The position numbers and the translations under genes were made by a program. The notes under the pieces are model-generated. The model was not told the DNA's origin and did not search any database. It was given only the letters and a program-made list of their open reading frames with translations. Positions 47,605 through 56,243 of a stretch of 64,000 nt of DNA are shown here, in pieces. How positions within the stretch are numbered: the first letter of the stretch is position 1; every line of letters begins with the position of its first letter. This DNA is from Candidatus Latescibacterota bacterium (lineage in GTDB: Bacteria; Latescibacterota; UBA2968; UBA8231): contig OZ244561.1 of assembly GCA_965217585.1 (NCBI GenBank), positions 4,768,001 to 4,832,000 on the forward strand, written 5' to 3'.

Positions 47605-47917
47605 ATACGACCCTGCCTTCTTGCAATGCCGGCTTGACAATCACCGCGTGGCTATCCTTATACCGCTCTACATCGTCGGGCGTGACGACAACAGCATCGA
47701 CGGCTGCGCCGACGCCATCGAGATTCATATAGATATCGCCCATAAGTTCAAGCGGGTTCTCACATTCTTTGATGATGAGCAGATCGACGTCGCTGTGGCG
47801 GTTCATCTCGCCGCGAGCAGCAGACCCGAAGAGGATGATCTTCTCCGGTTGAGCCACCTCTACAATGCGCCGGATGATGTCGTCCAATGTTTGTTGGTCA
47901 AGCATCCCCTTGTTCAT
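47591..47917 (-). CDS. Minimal nucleotidyltransferase (MNT) partner of HEPN
   Basis: LFGSAARG....SDVDLLII (GSx10DxD). Confidence 0.9.
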   Translation of the reverse strand: MNKGMLDQQTLDDIIRRIVEVAQPEKIILFGSAARGEMNRHSDVDLLIIKECENPLELMGDIYMNLDGVGAAVDAVVVTPDDVERYKDSHAVIVKPALQEGRVVYEGT

Positions 47918-47946
47918 GGCTTCTCTCCTAGCAGCAAGCCGCGCCT

Positions 47947-48085
47947 GTTCTTGACCGATAGCAGTCGCACATAGATGGACTAAGGAAGTGAAAAGCGTGA
48001 GGCGACGCTGGCCAGAGAAGATCCGACAGACAGTGTCTGGCGAATCTCGTCACCTGCCAATTTTCAGACGGTGTCTGAAAAATTC
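47947..48085 (-). pseudogene. Degenerate fragment of a second DUF1016/YhcG gene
   Basis: Minus strand encodes IFQTPSE and QTLSVGSSLASVASRFSLP*SIYVRLLSVKN versus QTASGESSLASVASHFPLPWSAYVRLLSVNN in the intact gene; in-frame TAG. Confidence 0.8.
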
Positions 48086-48131
48086 GTTCGGCTGACCGCC
48101 AAGCAACGCCGCCGCCGATAGAAACCGACTG

Positions 48132-48398
48132 TCACTCACCGATCCAAGGATTGACGACTTCAACGCCGGTATTCCGATATGCGTAGTGCCTAGACTCCGG
48201 CAACTCGACCCCATGCTCGGGGCCAAAATACCGCCTGAAAGCCTCGGAAGGCGTTGCGCGGTGCTCAGCCTTGGCGCGCTTCTCGCGGATCAGACGGCGG
48301 ATGAACTCTTCCATTGACACGCCGACTTGGCGCGCTTCCCGTTTGAGCCAGGCTTTGTCCGCCGGGTCGATATCGCGGACAGTGACAGTGGAACTCAT
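48132..48398 (-). CDS. FitA-like ribbon-helix-helix antitoxin fused to the C-terminal tail of a deleted VapC/FitB toxin
   Basis: TVTVRDID..DK..LK..A...GVSMEE.IRRLI (RHH); terminal TGVEVVNPW is typical of PIN toxins; AAGGAGG RBS. Confidence 0.75.
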   Translation of the reverse strand: MSSTVTVRDIDPADKAWLKREARQVGVSMEEFIRRLIREKRAKAEHRATPSEAFRRYFGPEHGVELPESRHYAYRNTGVEVVNPWIGE

Positions 48399-48446
48399 CG
48401 CGGCCTCCTTATCAGGTATTGCGTTTGATCAACAAAAAAGCCTAAT

Positions 48447-48465
48447 GACAGCAAAATATGCTGTC
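48447..48465. promoter_or_regulatory. Palindromic operator upstream of the FitA-like gene
   Basis: GACAGCA-N5-TGCTGTC perfect inverted repeat ~50 bp upstream of the start. Confidence 0.55.
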
Positions 48466-48499
48466 GAGTACCCTGATCGGCGAATCCAGAACACAGGAA

Positions 48500-48524
48500 A
48501 GACGCTTGCATTCGCCGGGGATCA
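48500..48524 (-). repeat. Methyltransferase start sequence, copy 3
   Basis: 24/25 identical to 43520-43544; GTGA overlap with the AlbA_2 gene stop. Confidence 0.92.
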
Positions 48525-49760
48525 CGCTGGCTTCGCTTCCTTCCATAGGCGCACGGTGAAGCGGTACTCCTCCGCGATCAGGTCCGGCTCGGTGCCGTTG
48601 TGGGCCAACATGCCGGGAATGATTTTGTTCCGAATGCCCATGCCACGTGCATCCACATAGCCGTAGTCGCGCATCACGTTGACTAAGGTCTGGTTGCGGG
48701 CGTAGCGCAGCCCCAATCGCATCCCAGCGGGCGTCACCGTGTTGGGCAGGCGGCCCGGGCTGACCACTTCGAGGCGATCCGAGTAGATGACGAGCATGAT
48801 GTCAGTCCCCACGATGCTGTAATCGCGGTGTACAAGGGCATTGACCACGGCCTCGCGCACCACGTCTTCGGGAAATTCCCAGCGGTCGATCCGACGCGCC
48901 CCTTCCAAATAGGCAGTGGGCGTCGTATTGCGCCGCACGAAATCCCACGCCTTATCTACAAGACCCAGCTTGACAAGCTCCCCGTCCTCGGGGTCGCAGA
49001 GTGGAACCATGGGGCCTTTGAGGTCCTCGTCCGCACGGGTTGCATAATCCGGCTCCGGGCCTAAGTAGCAAATAGCTCGAATGCCCGATTGCGGAAGAAA
49101 CCGCTTGGGGTTCTTGCCAAACAGAAGCATTCCGTCGATGGTTGCGACCATCCGGCCCGCTGCTGGGGTCGCAAGTTCGAGGTTTTGCAGCAGCCTTTGC
49201 CACTGATCGACATCGTTTGTCGGCGGAACGCTGCCGCCTAGAACGCGGCCAAAATAGTCGCGCAAATGCCGCTGGTTGAGCGAGTCGAGCACCGTGCCGG
49301 GGACGGGCTTTAAGCCGTAACGGAACAATCCTCCCTGTCGGTAGAGCCGTTCTTCTTCCTCGCGGCCTGCGGTACGCGTAGTCGTTCCGACGCGCACCTG
49401 AGTAACCCAATTTTCCCCGCGCTTGGCCTTGTAAGGCTTATCCGGCGCATCTCTGGGAAGAGATATAACGCCGACCGTTTTCCCGTTTCCCCAGTCCACG
49501 GTCTCCCAAAAGGGAATCGTTGCCGGCAAGACGTGGGTACGCGCTGTCTCCATCACCCATTCCTCCACCTTGCGCGGCTCTCGCATGAGACCGGTAACCG
49601 AGCCATTGTCCTCGACGCCGAGGAAAATGTACCCGCCTTCCAGATTGAGCAGAGCTGCAATTTCCGTGGCCAGTCGTTCCGGGCGAAGGTCAGCGCGCTT
49701 GAACTCCACGCCAGAGTTCTCGCCGCTGCGGATCAGTTCGATCAAATCGGCTTTGTTCAT
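48522..49760 (-). CDS. AlbA_2 (Schlafen-like) + HATPase_c_4 (RecG-C-like) protein
   Basis: Start moved to MNKADL; GENSGVEFKR, ALLNLEGG.IFLGVED.G, REAVVNALVHRDY, SPGRLP, RNQTL, GMGI. Confidence 0.9.
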   Translation of the reverse strand: MNKADLIELIRSGENSGVEFKRADLRPERLATEIAALLNLEGGYIFLGVEDNGSVTGLMREPRKVEEWVMETARTHVLPATIPFWETVDWGNGKTVGVISLPRDAPDKPYKAKRGENWVTQVRVGTTTRTAGREEEERLYRQGGLFRYGLKPVPGTVLDSLNQRHLRDYFGRVLGGSVPPTNDVDQWQRLLQNLELATPAAGRMVATIDGMLLFGKNPKRFLPQSGIRAICYLGPEPDYATRADEDLKGPMVPLCDPEDGELVKLGLVDKAWDFVRRNTTPTAYLEGARRIDRWEFPEDVVREAVVNALVHRDYSIVGTDIMLVIYSDRLEVVSPGRLPNTVTPAGMRLGLRYARNQTLVNVMRDYGYVDARGMGIRNKIIPGMLAHNGTEPDLIAEEYRFTVRLWKEAKPA

Positions 49761-49814
49761 GGTTGCCTCAGAAGCCGTACTACCAGCGGCACCCCACATT
49801 CCATTTTGGCCTTC

Positions 49815-52800
49815 TCATTCATCTCGTGTCTTCCATCTTCCGGATGTCTTCTGGCCTTCCCGAATTTCCATCGGCTGCTTGAGAGTGTCAACGCTCAGAT
49901 AGTAGTGGGCGACCTTGATGACCTCGTGCCACGGGAACCGGGCCGGGTCTTTGACCGGCTCCTGAAGCTCTGGGGTACTGGCGCAGTTGGTCACCACGTA
50001 GAGCCAGTAGCAGTCGCGGCGATCCTCGGCGACGCGACGCTCGTTGGGCGTCAGCAGAATGCTGCCGGTGGCGGCGGCGAGACCTTTAATCTCGATCAGA
50101 CGCAACTCGCCGGACGCTGGATCGAGGCTAGTTATATCGTAGCCAAGATTCTTCTCGTGGACATCTTCGACCTGACGACCTTGCGAAATCTCGTACTCCA
50201 TGACCACTCGCATCGCCGTCATCTCAGTTTCGGGATGTGGACGCAGACGCCGGACATCGAGGGTGTCGCGTTCGGGATGGGGCAGGATCAAGACGCTGGC
50301 GAGCCGCTCAACTCCCTGCAAGGTCAGCGCCCGCTGCCGCTCAAATTCATCGCGCCGACGGTCGCGGCGCGCCATCACCTCGGCATGGCGGGCTTCGGCC
50401 TGCGCCAAGCGGCCCTCGGCACCGATTACGTTGTTATCCCTCTCCTCGGCGGCACGGCCAATCTCCTCATCGGTCCGCTGTAGAACCTCCGTCAAGGACA
50501 GTTTGACGTGATCGGCAATGCGCTCAACTTCGGCCAGACGCTCGGCGCGAACCTCGTTGATAAAAGCGACCAAGGCGTTTTCATTGAGCCAAGCGGTCGC
50601 CTCTGGTAGCGCGGCTACCGGCGGCAGATCGCCCGGAGCGGTGGTGGGGCTGAGATTGCCAAGGGCATCCGGCTCGCGGAGACAGGGAGATCCGTCATTG
50701 GTCAACTCCACGGTGAACAACCGTTCGTGAATGACGTGTCCGAGACCATCCACGACCCGCGCCCGGTAGAAATCGAGACGCGCCGGTGCTGCGTGCGCTA
50801 GGGAATGGAAACAGGCTCCCTTGGCAAAGGCATCCTGGCCGAGATTGAGACTGTGCCGGCGCAGGGCCTCAAACAGGGGATGCCCTGGGGTGACCCATTC
50901 GAGGTTGTGCTCCTCTGCTGTGTCGCGGTCCGTTGACAAGCGCGGATAGCGCATCGCTAGCTCTGGGAGTTTCCAGTCTGGATTGTGCTCGTATTCCTTC
51001 AATTTGGGTGGTATCCGCCCTGGATCGAAGGTATGCGCCAAGTGGCCCACCGGCTTCAGAGTTAGGGCCGCGTGTTGGGCGCACTCCGCGATGAATCGCG
51101 CAATGGTTTCGGGTACGACGCGCCGCTCTTGGGCCTTGGCTCGGCGCTCGACGAGCATGTCGAGGTTGAGCTTTTTAGAGGCCAAGCCTTCCAGTGCCGT
51201 CTGGCAGATGGCCCGGAAGTGGCCTTCATCCACGTCCTGCAAAAGCCGCTCTTCAAGGTCAGCGTCCCCCAACTTTTCCGCGTAGTAGTCCCGTAGCACG
51301 CGCTCCACGTGGGCGGACGGCAAGACTTCGCCGACCACGTTGAATACCGAGTCGTCATCGAGGGCGTCGCGAATCTCCTGGAGCTTGTCCAACAACCGCT
51401 GGAGCACCCGCCCCTCAATGGTGTTGGTTGCCACGAAGTTGAAGATCAGGCAATCGCGCCGCTGGCCGTAGCGGTGAATGCGGCCCATGCGCTGTTCGAG
51501 CCGGTTCGGATTCCAGGGGATGTCGTAGTTGAAGAGGATGTGGCAGCACTGAAGGTTGATGCCTTCCCCAGCCGCCTCGGTAGCCACCAAAACTTGGATG
51601 GCACCTTCGCGGAACTGCTGTTCGGTATAGAGCCGGCTTCCTGGTTCGTCGCGTGAGCCGGGCTTCATGCCGCCGTGGATGCAGCCGACGCTGAAGCCCC
51701 AGTCTCGCAAGCACTCCATCAGGTGGTCGAGGGTGTCCTTGAACTCGGTGAAGAGCAGCAGTTGCTGATCGGGCCGGTCGAAGAACCCCTCCTCCTGCAT
51801 GATTTTGCGGAGATGTCCGAGTTTCGCTTGGCTGCCCGAGTCTTCGGCGGCCTTGGCCTCTTCGGCAAGCTGGAGAAGTTCGCTGATCTCTTCGCGTATC
51901 TGCTCGGCGTTGCCAGCCAGCGTGATAGCCTCCAGCATCTCCTCTAAGCGCTCGCGCTCGGCATCTTCCAATTCCTCCAGCTCTTCTAGGTCGGGAAGGT
52001 CCGGCGGTGCAGTCCGCACCAACTCCTGGGCGCGCTTGAGTCCCTCCTCCAGACGCCGGGCGCGGTTTTCGAGCGACCGCCGCATAGCGTAGGTGCTGGA
52101 GGCGAGACGCCGCTGGTACAGCGACATCAGGAAACCGACCGCCCGAGCACGCGGGTTGTCGCCCTGCGCGGCGGCGCGAGCGCTCTGCCGTTTGACAAAC
52201 CGCGTGATCTTTTGGTAAAGCTCAAGCTCTGGACCATCTATAGCGAAGTCCGCGGTGCGTGGGATGCGCTTGGTGAAAACAGGCTTCGCAGTCCACGTTC
52301 CGTCCGTCTGGCGCTCCGGGAAGTACACCATCGCTTCCTTGGTGCGCCGCAGGTAAAAAGGCGCTCGCCTCCGTTCCATAGCCTCGCGGATTGAACTCAC
52401 ATCGGCGTAGGCATCCTGATCGAGCAGTTGCAGAAACAGCGTGAAATTCTGCGGATCGCCCTTGTGGGGCGTGGCGGTCAGCAGCAGTACGTGATCGGCG
52501 CTGTCGCGCAGCAATTCTCCCAGCCGGTAGCGCTGGCTCTTGTGGGTCTCGTCGCGCGCCGACATGCGGTGTGCCTCATCGACAATCACCAAATCCCAAC
52601 GCACCTGTTGCAGGCCGGGCAAGATCTCGGTGCGCTTGGCGAGGTCGAGCGAGGTGATGATCTGCTTTTGCTCCAGCCACTGGTTGACACCGAATTGATC
52701 GCGGATGTCGCTGCCTTTTAACACTAGGAACTTCTCGTCGAACTTTTCCTTGAGCTCACGCTGCCACTGGAACGTCAGGTTCGCGGGGCAGACGACGAGT

Positions 52801-53273
52801 ACCTGTTCGATGAGGCCCCGGAGCTTCAACTCGCGGATCAGAAGGCCGGCCATGATAGTCTTGCCCGCACCCGCATCGTCGGCGAGCAAGAAGCGCACGG
52901 TGGGCAGCTTGAGGAGGTGCTCGTACACCGCTTCGAGCTGGTGCGGTAGGGGATCTACGCGCGAGATGGAAAGCCCGAAATAGGGATCGAACTCGTAGGC
53001 GATGCCGAGCGCATAGGCTTGGAGGCCGATTCGCAAAAGCCGTCCATCGCCATTGTAGGAAAGAGCGGCCTCGGCGATGGTCAGGTTGGAAATGTCATCG
53101 GCAGTGAGCGTGACCTGACGGAACTGCTCGGACCGCTGGCCGACGAGGCCCGCCTCCACGTAATCAGTACCGTTCGCGCGAACGGTTACCACTCGCATTG
53201 GCTCGCTAAACAGCGGGCCGGTCAGAACCTGTCCTTCGCGGATGGCGGGTTCAACTACCACTTCACCACTCAA
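49815..53273 (-). CDS. SNF2-family helicase with C-terminal DUF3883 nuclease domain
   Basis: LLADDAGAGKT, DEAH, LTATP, EGINLQ, WNPNRLEQRMGRIHRYGQ; C-terminal GYDITS...IEIKG...LTPNE. Confidence 0.93.
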   Translation of the reverse strand: MSGEVVVEPAIREGQVLTGPLFSEPMRVVTVRANGTDYVEAGLVGQRSEQFRQVTLTADDISNLTIAEAALSYNGDGRLLRIGLQAYALGIAYEFDPYFGLSISRVDPLPHQLEAVYEHLLKLPTVRFLLADDAGAGKTIMAGLLIRELKLRGLIEQVLVVCPANLTFQWQRELKEKFDEKFLVLKGSDIRDQFGVNQWLEQKQIITSLDLAKRTEILPGLQQVRWDLVIVDEAHRMSARDETHKSQRYRLGELLRDSADHVLLLTATPHKGDPQNFTLFLQLLDQDAYADVSSIREAMERRRAPFYLRRTKEAMVYFPERQTDGTWTAKPVFTKRIPRTADFAIDGPELELYQKITRFVKRQSARAAAQGDNPRARAVGFLMSLYQRRLASSTYAMRRSLENRARRLEEGLKRAQELVRTAPPDLPDLEELEELEDAERERLEEMLEAITLAGNAEQIREEISELLQLAEEAKAAEDSGSQAKLGHLRKIMQEEGFFDRPDQQLLLFTEFKDTLDHLMECLRDWGFSVGCIHGGMKPGSRDEPGSRLYTEQQFREGAIQVLVATEAAGEGINLQCCHILFNYDIPWNPNRLEQRMGRIHRYGQRRDCLIFNFVATNTIEGRVLQRLLDKLQEIRDALDDDSVFNVVGEVLPSAHVERVLRDYYAEKLGDADLEERLLQDVDEGHFRAICQTALEGLASKKLNLDMLVERRAKAQERRVVPETIARFIAECAQHAALTLKPVGHLAHTFDPGRIPPKLKEYEHNPDWKLPELAMRYPRLSTDRDTAEEHNLEWVTPGHPLFEALRRHSLNLGQDAFAKGACFHSLAHAAPARLDFYRARVVDGLGHVIHERLFTVELTNDGSPCLREPDALGNLSPTTAPGDLPPVAALPEATAWLNENALVAFINEVRAERLAEVERIADHVKLSLTEVLQRTDEEIGRAAEERDNNVIGAEGRLAQAEARHAEVMARRDRRRDEFERQRALTLQGVERLASVLILPHPERDTLDVRRLRPHPETEMTAMRVVMEYEISQGRQVEDVHEKNLGYDITSLDPASGELRLIEIKGLAAATGSILLTPNERRVAEDRRDCYWLYVVTNCASTPELQEPVKDPARFPWHEVIKVAHYYLSVDTLKQPMEIREGQKTSGRWKTRDE

Positions 53274-54375
53274 AAAGCTCGCCCGCTTCCATCGTCAGCT
53301 CGCGGCCCTGACCGCCGTCCTCTCGCACCACGAGCTGGCCCTCGGCGTATCCGACATCGGCGACGCCGGCGAAGTCGGCGGGAATCTCCATGAGAAAGTT
53401 GGCATAGGTGAAAACCTGGGTCTCGTCGGCGTCGATAAAGCGCAAGATTGGCCGGCCAAATATATGGCCCTTTTGCACGAGTACTGGTCCGGGTTGGTGC
53501 AGACCGGTGGTACCAAACTCCAAGCCACGCGCAAAGGGCTTGCCGTCCCGGACGTGCCGCCAAGCGTCGAACCAAGGGTATTCCTCCATCGGCCAGATAT
53601 AGCCAATCAGCAATCCCGCGCTGGCATTGATGGCGGTGGTCCAGCCGTATTCTTCGTCAATTATATACGAAACGACCGCTGGCGAAGCGTCGTCGGTTAG
53701 GCCGCGAATATCGACCTCGGTGCCGTCCTTTTTGAGTGCATGGGGCCAGCGCACCTCTGGGTCTTCCGGCGTCGGCATGGGCGTTTCCTGCATAAAGCCG
53801 CGCGTGCCATTGGCATCAACGCGGGTGCTCTCGTCCAAAAAGGGCGGACCAATGGTCGGATGCTGGACGATGTTGTACACGCGGCCCAAATGGCGGGTGT
53901 TGGTAACGGCCTCGGCGACCGCAAAGACCGCCTGATCCTGATCCATGCGAATCGAGCGCGCGACCTTGAGGCCGGCCAAGGGCAGCTCGGCTGACATTTG
54001 GGCCATGAGGTAGCCGTCCTCTGCGCGTGAGTCCTCATCCAAGGTCCACCACACGCGCGTGGCCTCGCCGTGCCAGCCCATGCCGTGGGCCTGCTCGGCT
54101 TTGGTGGCTGGTCCCCAGCGGTCGAGGCAGAGGAAATGCCCCATCGAGCGCGGCTCCATCGGCGGCGCTTGATCGGGGGTATCGCCGAAGGACCAAGAGT
54201 CCCATTGCAGGGGGTTGAGCGGGTTGCTTTTGAGGTGGAAATCGGCAATGGAGCCGCCGCCTAAATCGACGACTAACATCGCTGCTTGGCCGTCGAGCAC
54301 GAGGCGGGGGCGGTCTTCGGCCGTGCCATGCGAGGCCGTCCAGAGGAGGGCGACGAGGAAGAGGGACCATCTCAT
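53263..54375 (-). CDS. Secreted hypothetical protein, possible galactose-mutarotase-like fold
   Basis: Signal peptide; GGSIADF, GHFLCLDRWG, HGEA, QHPTIG.PFL, GLEFGT; AGGAG RBS. Confidence 0.7.
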   Translation of the reverse strand: MRWSLFLVALLWTASHGTAEDRPRLVLDGQAAMLVVDLGGGSIADFHLKSNPLNPLQWDSWSFGDTPDQAPPMEPRSMGHFLCLDRWGPATKAEQAHGMGWHGEATRVWWTLDEDSRAEDGYLMAQMSAELPLAGLKVARSIRMDQDQAVFAVAEAVTNTRHLGRVYNIVQHPTIGPPFLDESTRVDANGTRGFMQETPMPTPEDPEVRWPHALKKDGTEVDIRGLTDDASPAVVSYIIDEEYGWTTAINASAGLLIGYIWPMEEYPWFDAWRHVRDGKPFARGLEFGTTGLHQPGPVLVQKGHIFGRPILRFIDADETQVFTYANFLMEIPADFAGVADVGYAEGQLVVREDGGQGRELTMEAGELFEW

Positions 54376-54473
54376 TATAGGTGCTCCTTTTATTGGTGAG
54401 GGGATGGCAAACGGGACGTAACAACGTACTAGAAATTGACAGGGGGCAAAAGACGGTGGATGTTGTTTCTGGT

Positions 54474-54629
54474 ATGAGAGTTCTTCTGGTCACCACCCTC
54501 GCCATCTTCGTCCTAAGCGGTTGCCAAGTGGCACGCGTACGCATCTTTGGCAGCGGACGACGATGGCGAGGCGCAGCGGCTAGACCCGCGGGCCGAGTGG
54601 TGCGCGTACGCATCCTTGGCGGCGAATGA
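54474..54629 (+). CDS. Very short putative lipoprotein (51 aa) or remnant
   Basis: MRVLLVTTLAIFVLSGC lipobox; internal imperfect 29-bp repeat; TTGACA at 54436. Confidence 0.35.
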   Translation: MRVLLVTTLAIFVLSGCQVARVRIFGSGRRWRGAAARPAGRVVRVRILGGE

Positions 54630-54665
54630 TGTGCGCTCGCGCCTGCAAACCTTGCAACAGGAGAA

Positions 54666-55535
54666 ATGATGATCGACTTAGTGGCTTTTGACCTCGACGG
54701 CACGGTGCTCGACTCAGAAGGGCGGCTGGCGGCTTCGGCTGTGGCGGCCATCGAGGAACTGATTGTGCGCGACATACCTACAGCTAGCGTCAGCGGGCGC
54801 AGCATCCGCCGCAGTCAATACCCTTTTGCGGCCTACCCCGCACTGGCGCGGGCGCTCTACATAGGTGGCTACAATGGCTCGGTGGTTCTCGGCCCAGGTG
54901 TGGGCGCGGAGCGAGAGGTGCTGCGCGAGGAGCGGTTGGACGAGGCATCCTTTGCCCAGATAGTCGAATACGGGTGCGCAGAGGGGCTAAACCTGATCTA
55001 CTGTCTGTTTGAACGCACGGTCGCCGGGGTCGCCGAGGAATACCGGTACGTCCGGCCCATGAATTACCTCGAATCGTTCGAAGAGCCGGGCATGGTGCGC
55101 GACGCCGATCTATACGCACGCTGCCAGAGCGGTGAACTGGGCACACCACCCAAGATCATGCTGGAAGTAGAACCGAAGCGGAGAGAACAGCACATCGCCG
55201 ATATCGAGGCGCTATGCGGAGATCAGATCTATGTGGCTTGGGCGAATCCCGGTATGGTGGAATTTATGCGCCGGGGAGTGAATAAGGGCGTGGCCCTGCG
55301 GACGCTAACCGAGCGGATAGGTGGACGTGCAGAGCGCATCTTGGCGATAGGGGATGCGAACAACGACTTGCCCATGTTGCGCGCGGCGGGGATCGGGGTG
55401 TTGCTGGGGAATGCAAAGGCCGAGGTGCAGGCGGCCGTGGCCGGGGATGGGGTGCGGATTGGACCGAGTTTTGCCGAGGATGGATTTGCCAAAGTGGTGC
55501 GGGAATACGCGCTGGATGGACAGGAGCCGAAATGA
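54666..55535 (+). CDS. Cof-type HAD hydrolase
   Basis: FDLDGT, SGR, NG, GVNKG.AL, IGDANNDLPML. Confidence 0.92.
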   Translation: MMIDLVAFDLDGTVLDSEGRLAASAVAAIEELIVRDIPTASVSGRSIRRSQYPFAAYPALARALYIGGYNGSVVLGPGVGAEREVLREERLDEASFAQIVEYGCAEGLNLIYCLFERTVAGVAEEYRYVRPMNYLESFEEPGMVRDADLYARCQSGELGTPPKIMLEVEPKRREQHIADIEALCGDQIYVAWANPGMVEFMRRGVNKGVALRTLTERIGGRAERILAIGDANNDLPMLRAAGIGVLLGNAKAEVQAAVAGDGVRIGPSFAEDGFAKVVREYALDGQEPK

Positions 55536-56239
55536 TGCAGGTATTTTGCGGGATCGCGCTGTGTGTTGCCGTTGCGGCTTCGGCTTTGGCCCAAGAAAAG
55601 CAAGCCGCGGCCGACTCCCTCAAGGGCGGGGAGATGGTAAAAATCACGAGGGAAAATCACAGGTTTTACATAGATAAATACGAGGTGACCAACGAGGAGT
55701 ACGCAGCGTTTCTGACCGAGGAGGGAAACGCCAAGGTGGAAGGCATGTACTGGGTGGAGTTGGGGAGTCAATATACGGCACTGGTGGAGGAGGACGGCGT
55801 GTACAAGGTCAAAGAAGGATTTGCGCGGCATCCGGTCATCGAGGTGTCGTGGTACGGGGCGATGGCCTATTGCCAGTGGGCGGGCAAGCGCTTGGCGATG
55901 CAGGAGGAATGGTACTTTGCCTGCGCGGGAACGGAAGGGCTAAAGTACCCGTGGGGGGAGGATTTTGAGAAGGGACGCGCCAACATCTTCGGAGACAAGG
56001 ATGGCTATGGGCGAACTGCGCCGGTGGGATCCTTTCCGAGTGGAGCTAGCCCCTTTGGACTCTTGGATATGGGCGGCAATGTGTGGGAGTGGACGCAAGG
56101 AGGCGAGAAATTGCAGTTCCTGCGCGGGGGATCGTGGATCAACGGCCCTACCTTGACCCAGTGTAACAAGCGAGCCAATACCAAGGATTCGCACTCGTAC
56201 ATCAAGGGCAACACCATAGGCTTCCGCTGCGCCCGCTAA
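55532..56239 (+). CDS. Secreted FGE-sulfatase domain protein
   Basis: IDKYEVTN, VSWYGA.AYC.WAGKRL, DMGGNVWEW, RGGSW, GFRC. Confidence 0.9.
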   Translation: MMQVFCGIALCVAVAASALAQEKQAAADSLKGGEMVKITRENHRFYIDKYEVTNEEYAAFLTEEGNAKVEGMYWVELGSQYTALVEEDGVYKVKEGFARHPVIEVSWYGAMAYCQWAGKRLAMQEEWYFACAGTEGLKYPWGEDFEKGRANIFGDKDGYGRTAPVGSFPSGASPFGLLDMGGNVWEWTQGGEKLQFLRGGSWINGPTLTQCNKRANTKDSHSYIKGNTIGFRCAR

Positions 56240-56243
56240 GTCT

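Larger units (their letters stand above)
35176..53273 (-). mobile_element. Defence island: SNF2-DUF3883 / DUF1156 / DUF499 system with inserted accessory genes; no integrase seen
   Basis: Thirteen co-oriented defence/TA-type ORFs between housekeeping genes; internal duplications of the methyltransferase gene ends. Confidence 0.7.

Noticed and set aside
43520-48525. 25-bp repeats as a CRISPR array or integron attC sites
   Set aside because: Spacing is kilobases and irregular, the repeat is coding sequence from the methyltransferase start, it lacks attC RYYYAAC/GTTRRRY symmetry, and no cas or intI gene is in the window.
43542-53273. Gabija or DISARM call
   Set aside because: The helicase is SNF2-DUF3883 rather than UvrD (GajB) or DrmA, and DrmB/DrmC are absent.
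35160-53280. Prophage, ICE or transposon identity for the island
   Set aside because: No integrase, transposase, tRNA, terminal inverted repeats or flanking direct repeats could be identified.
56120-56239. FGE C-termini (also ~16075-16180) as DGR variable regions
   Set aside because: No reverse transcriptase and no template repeat differing at adenines was seen in the window.
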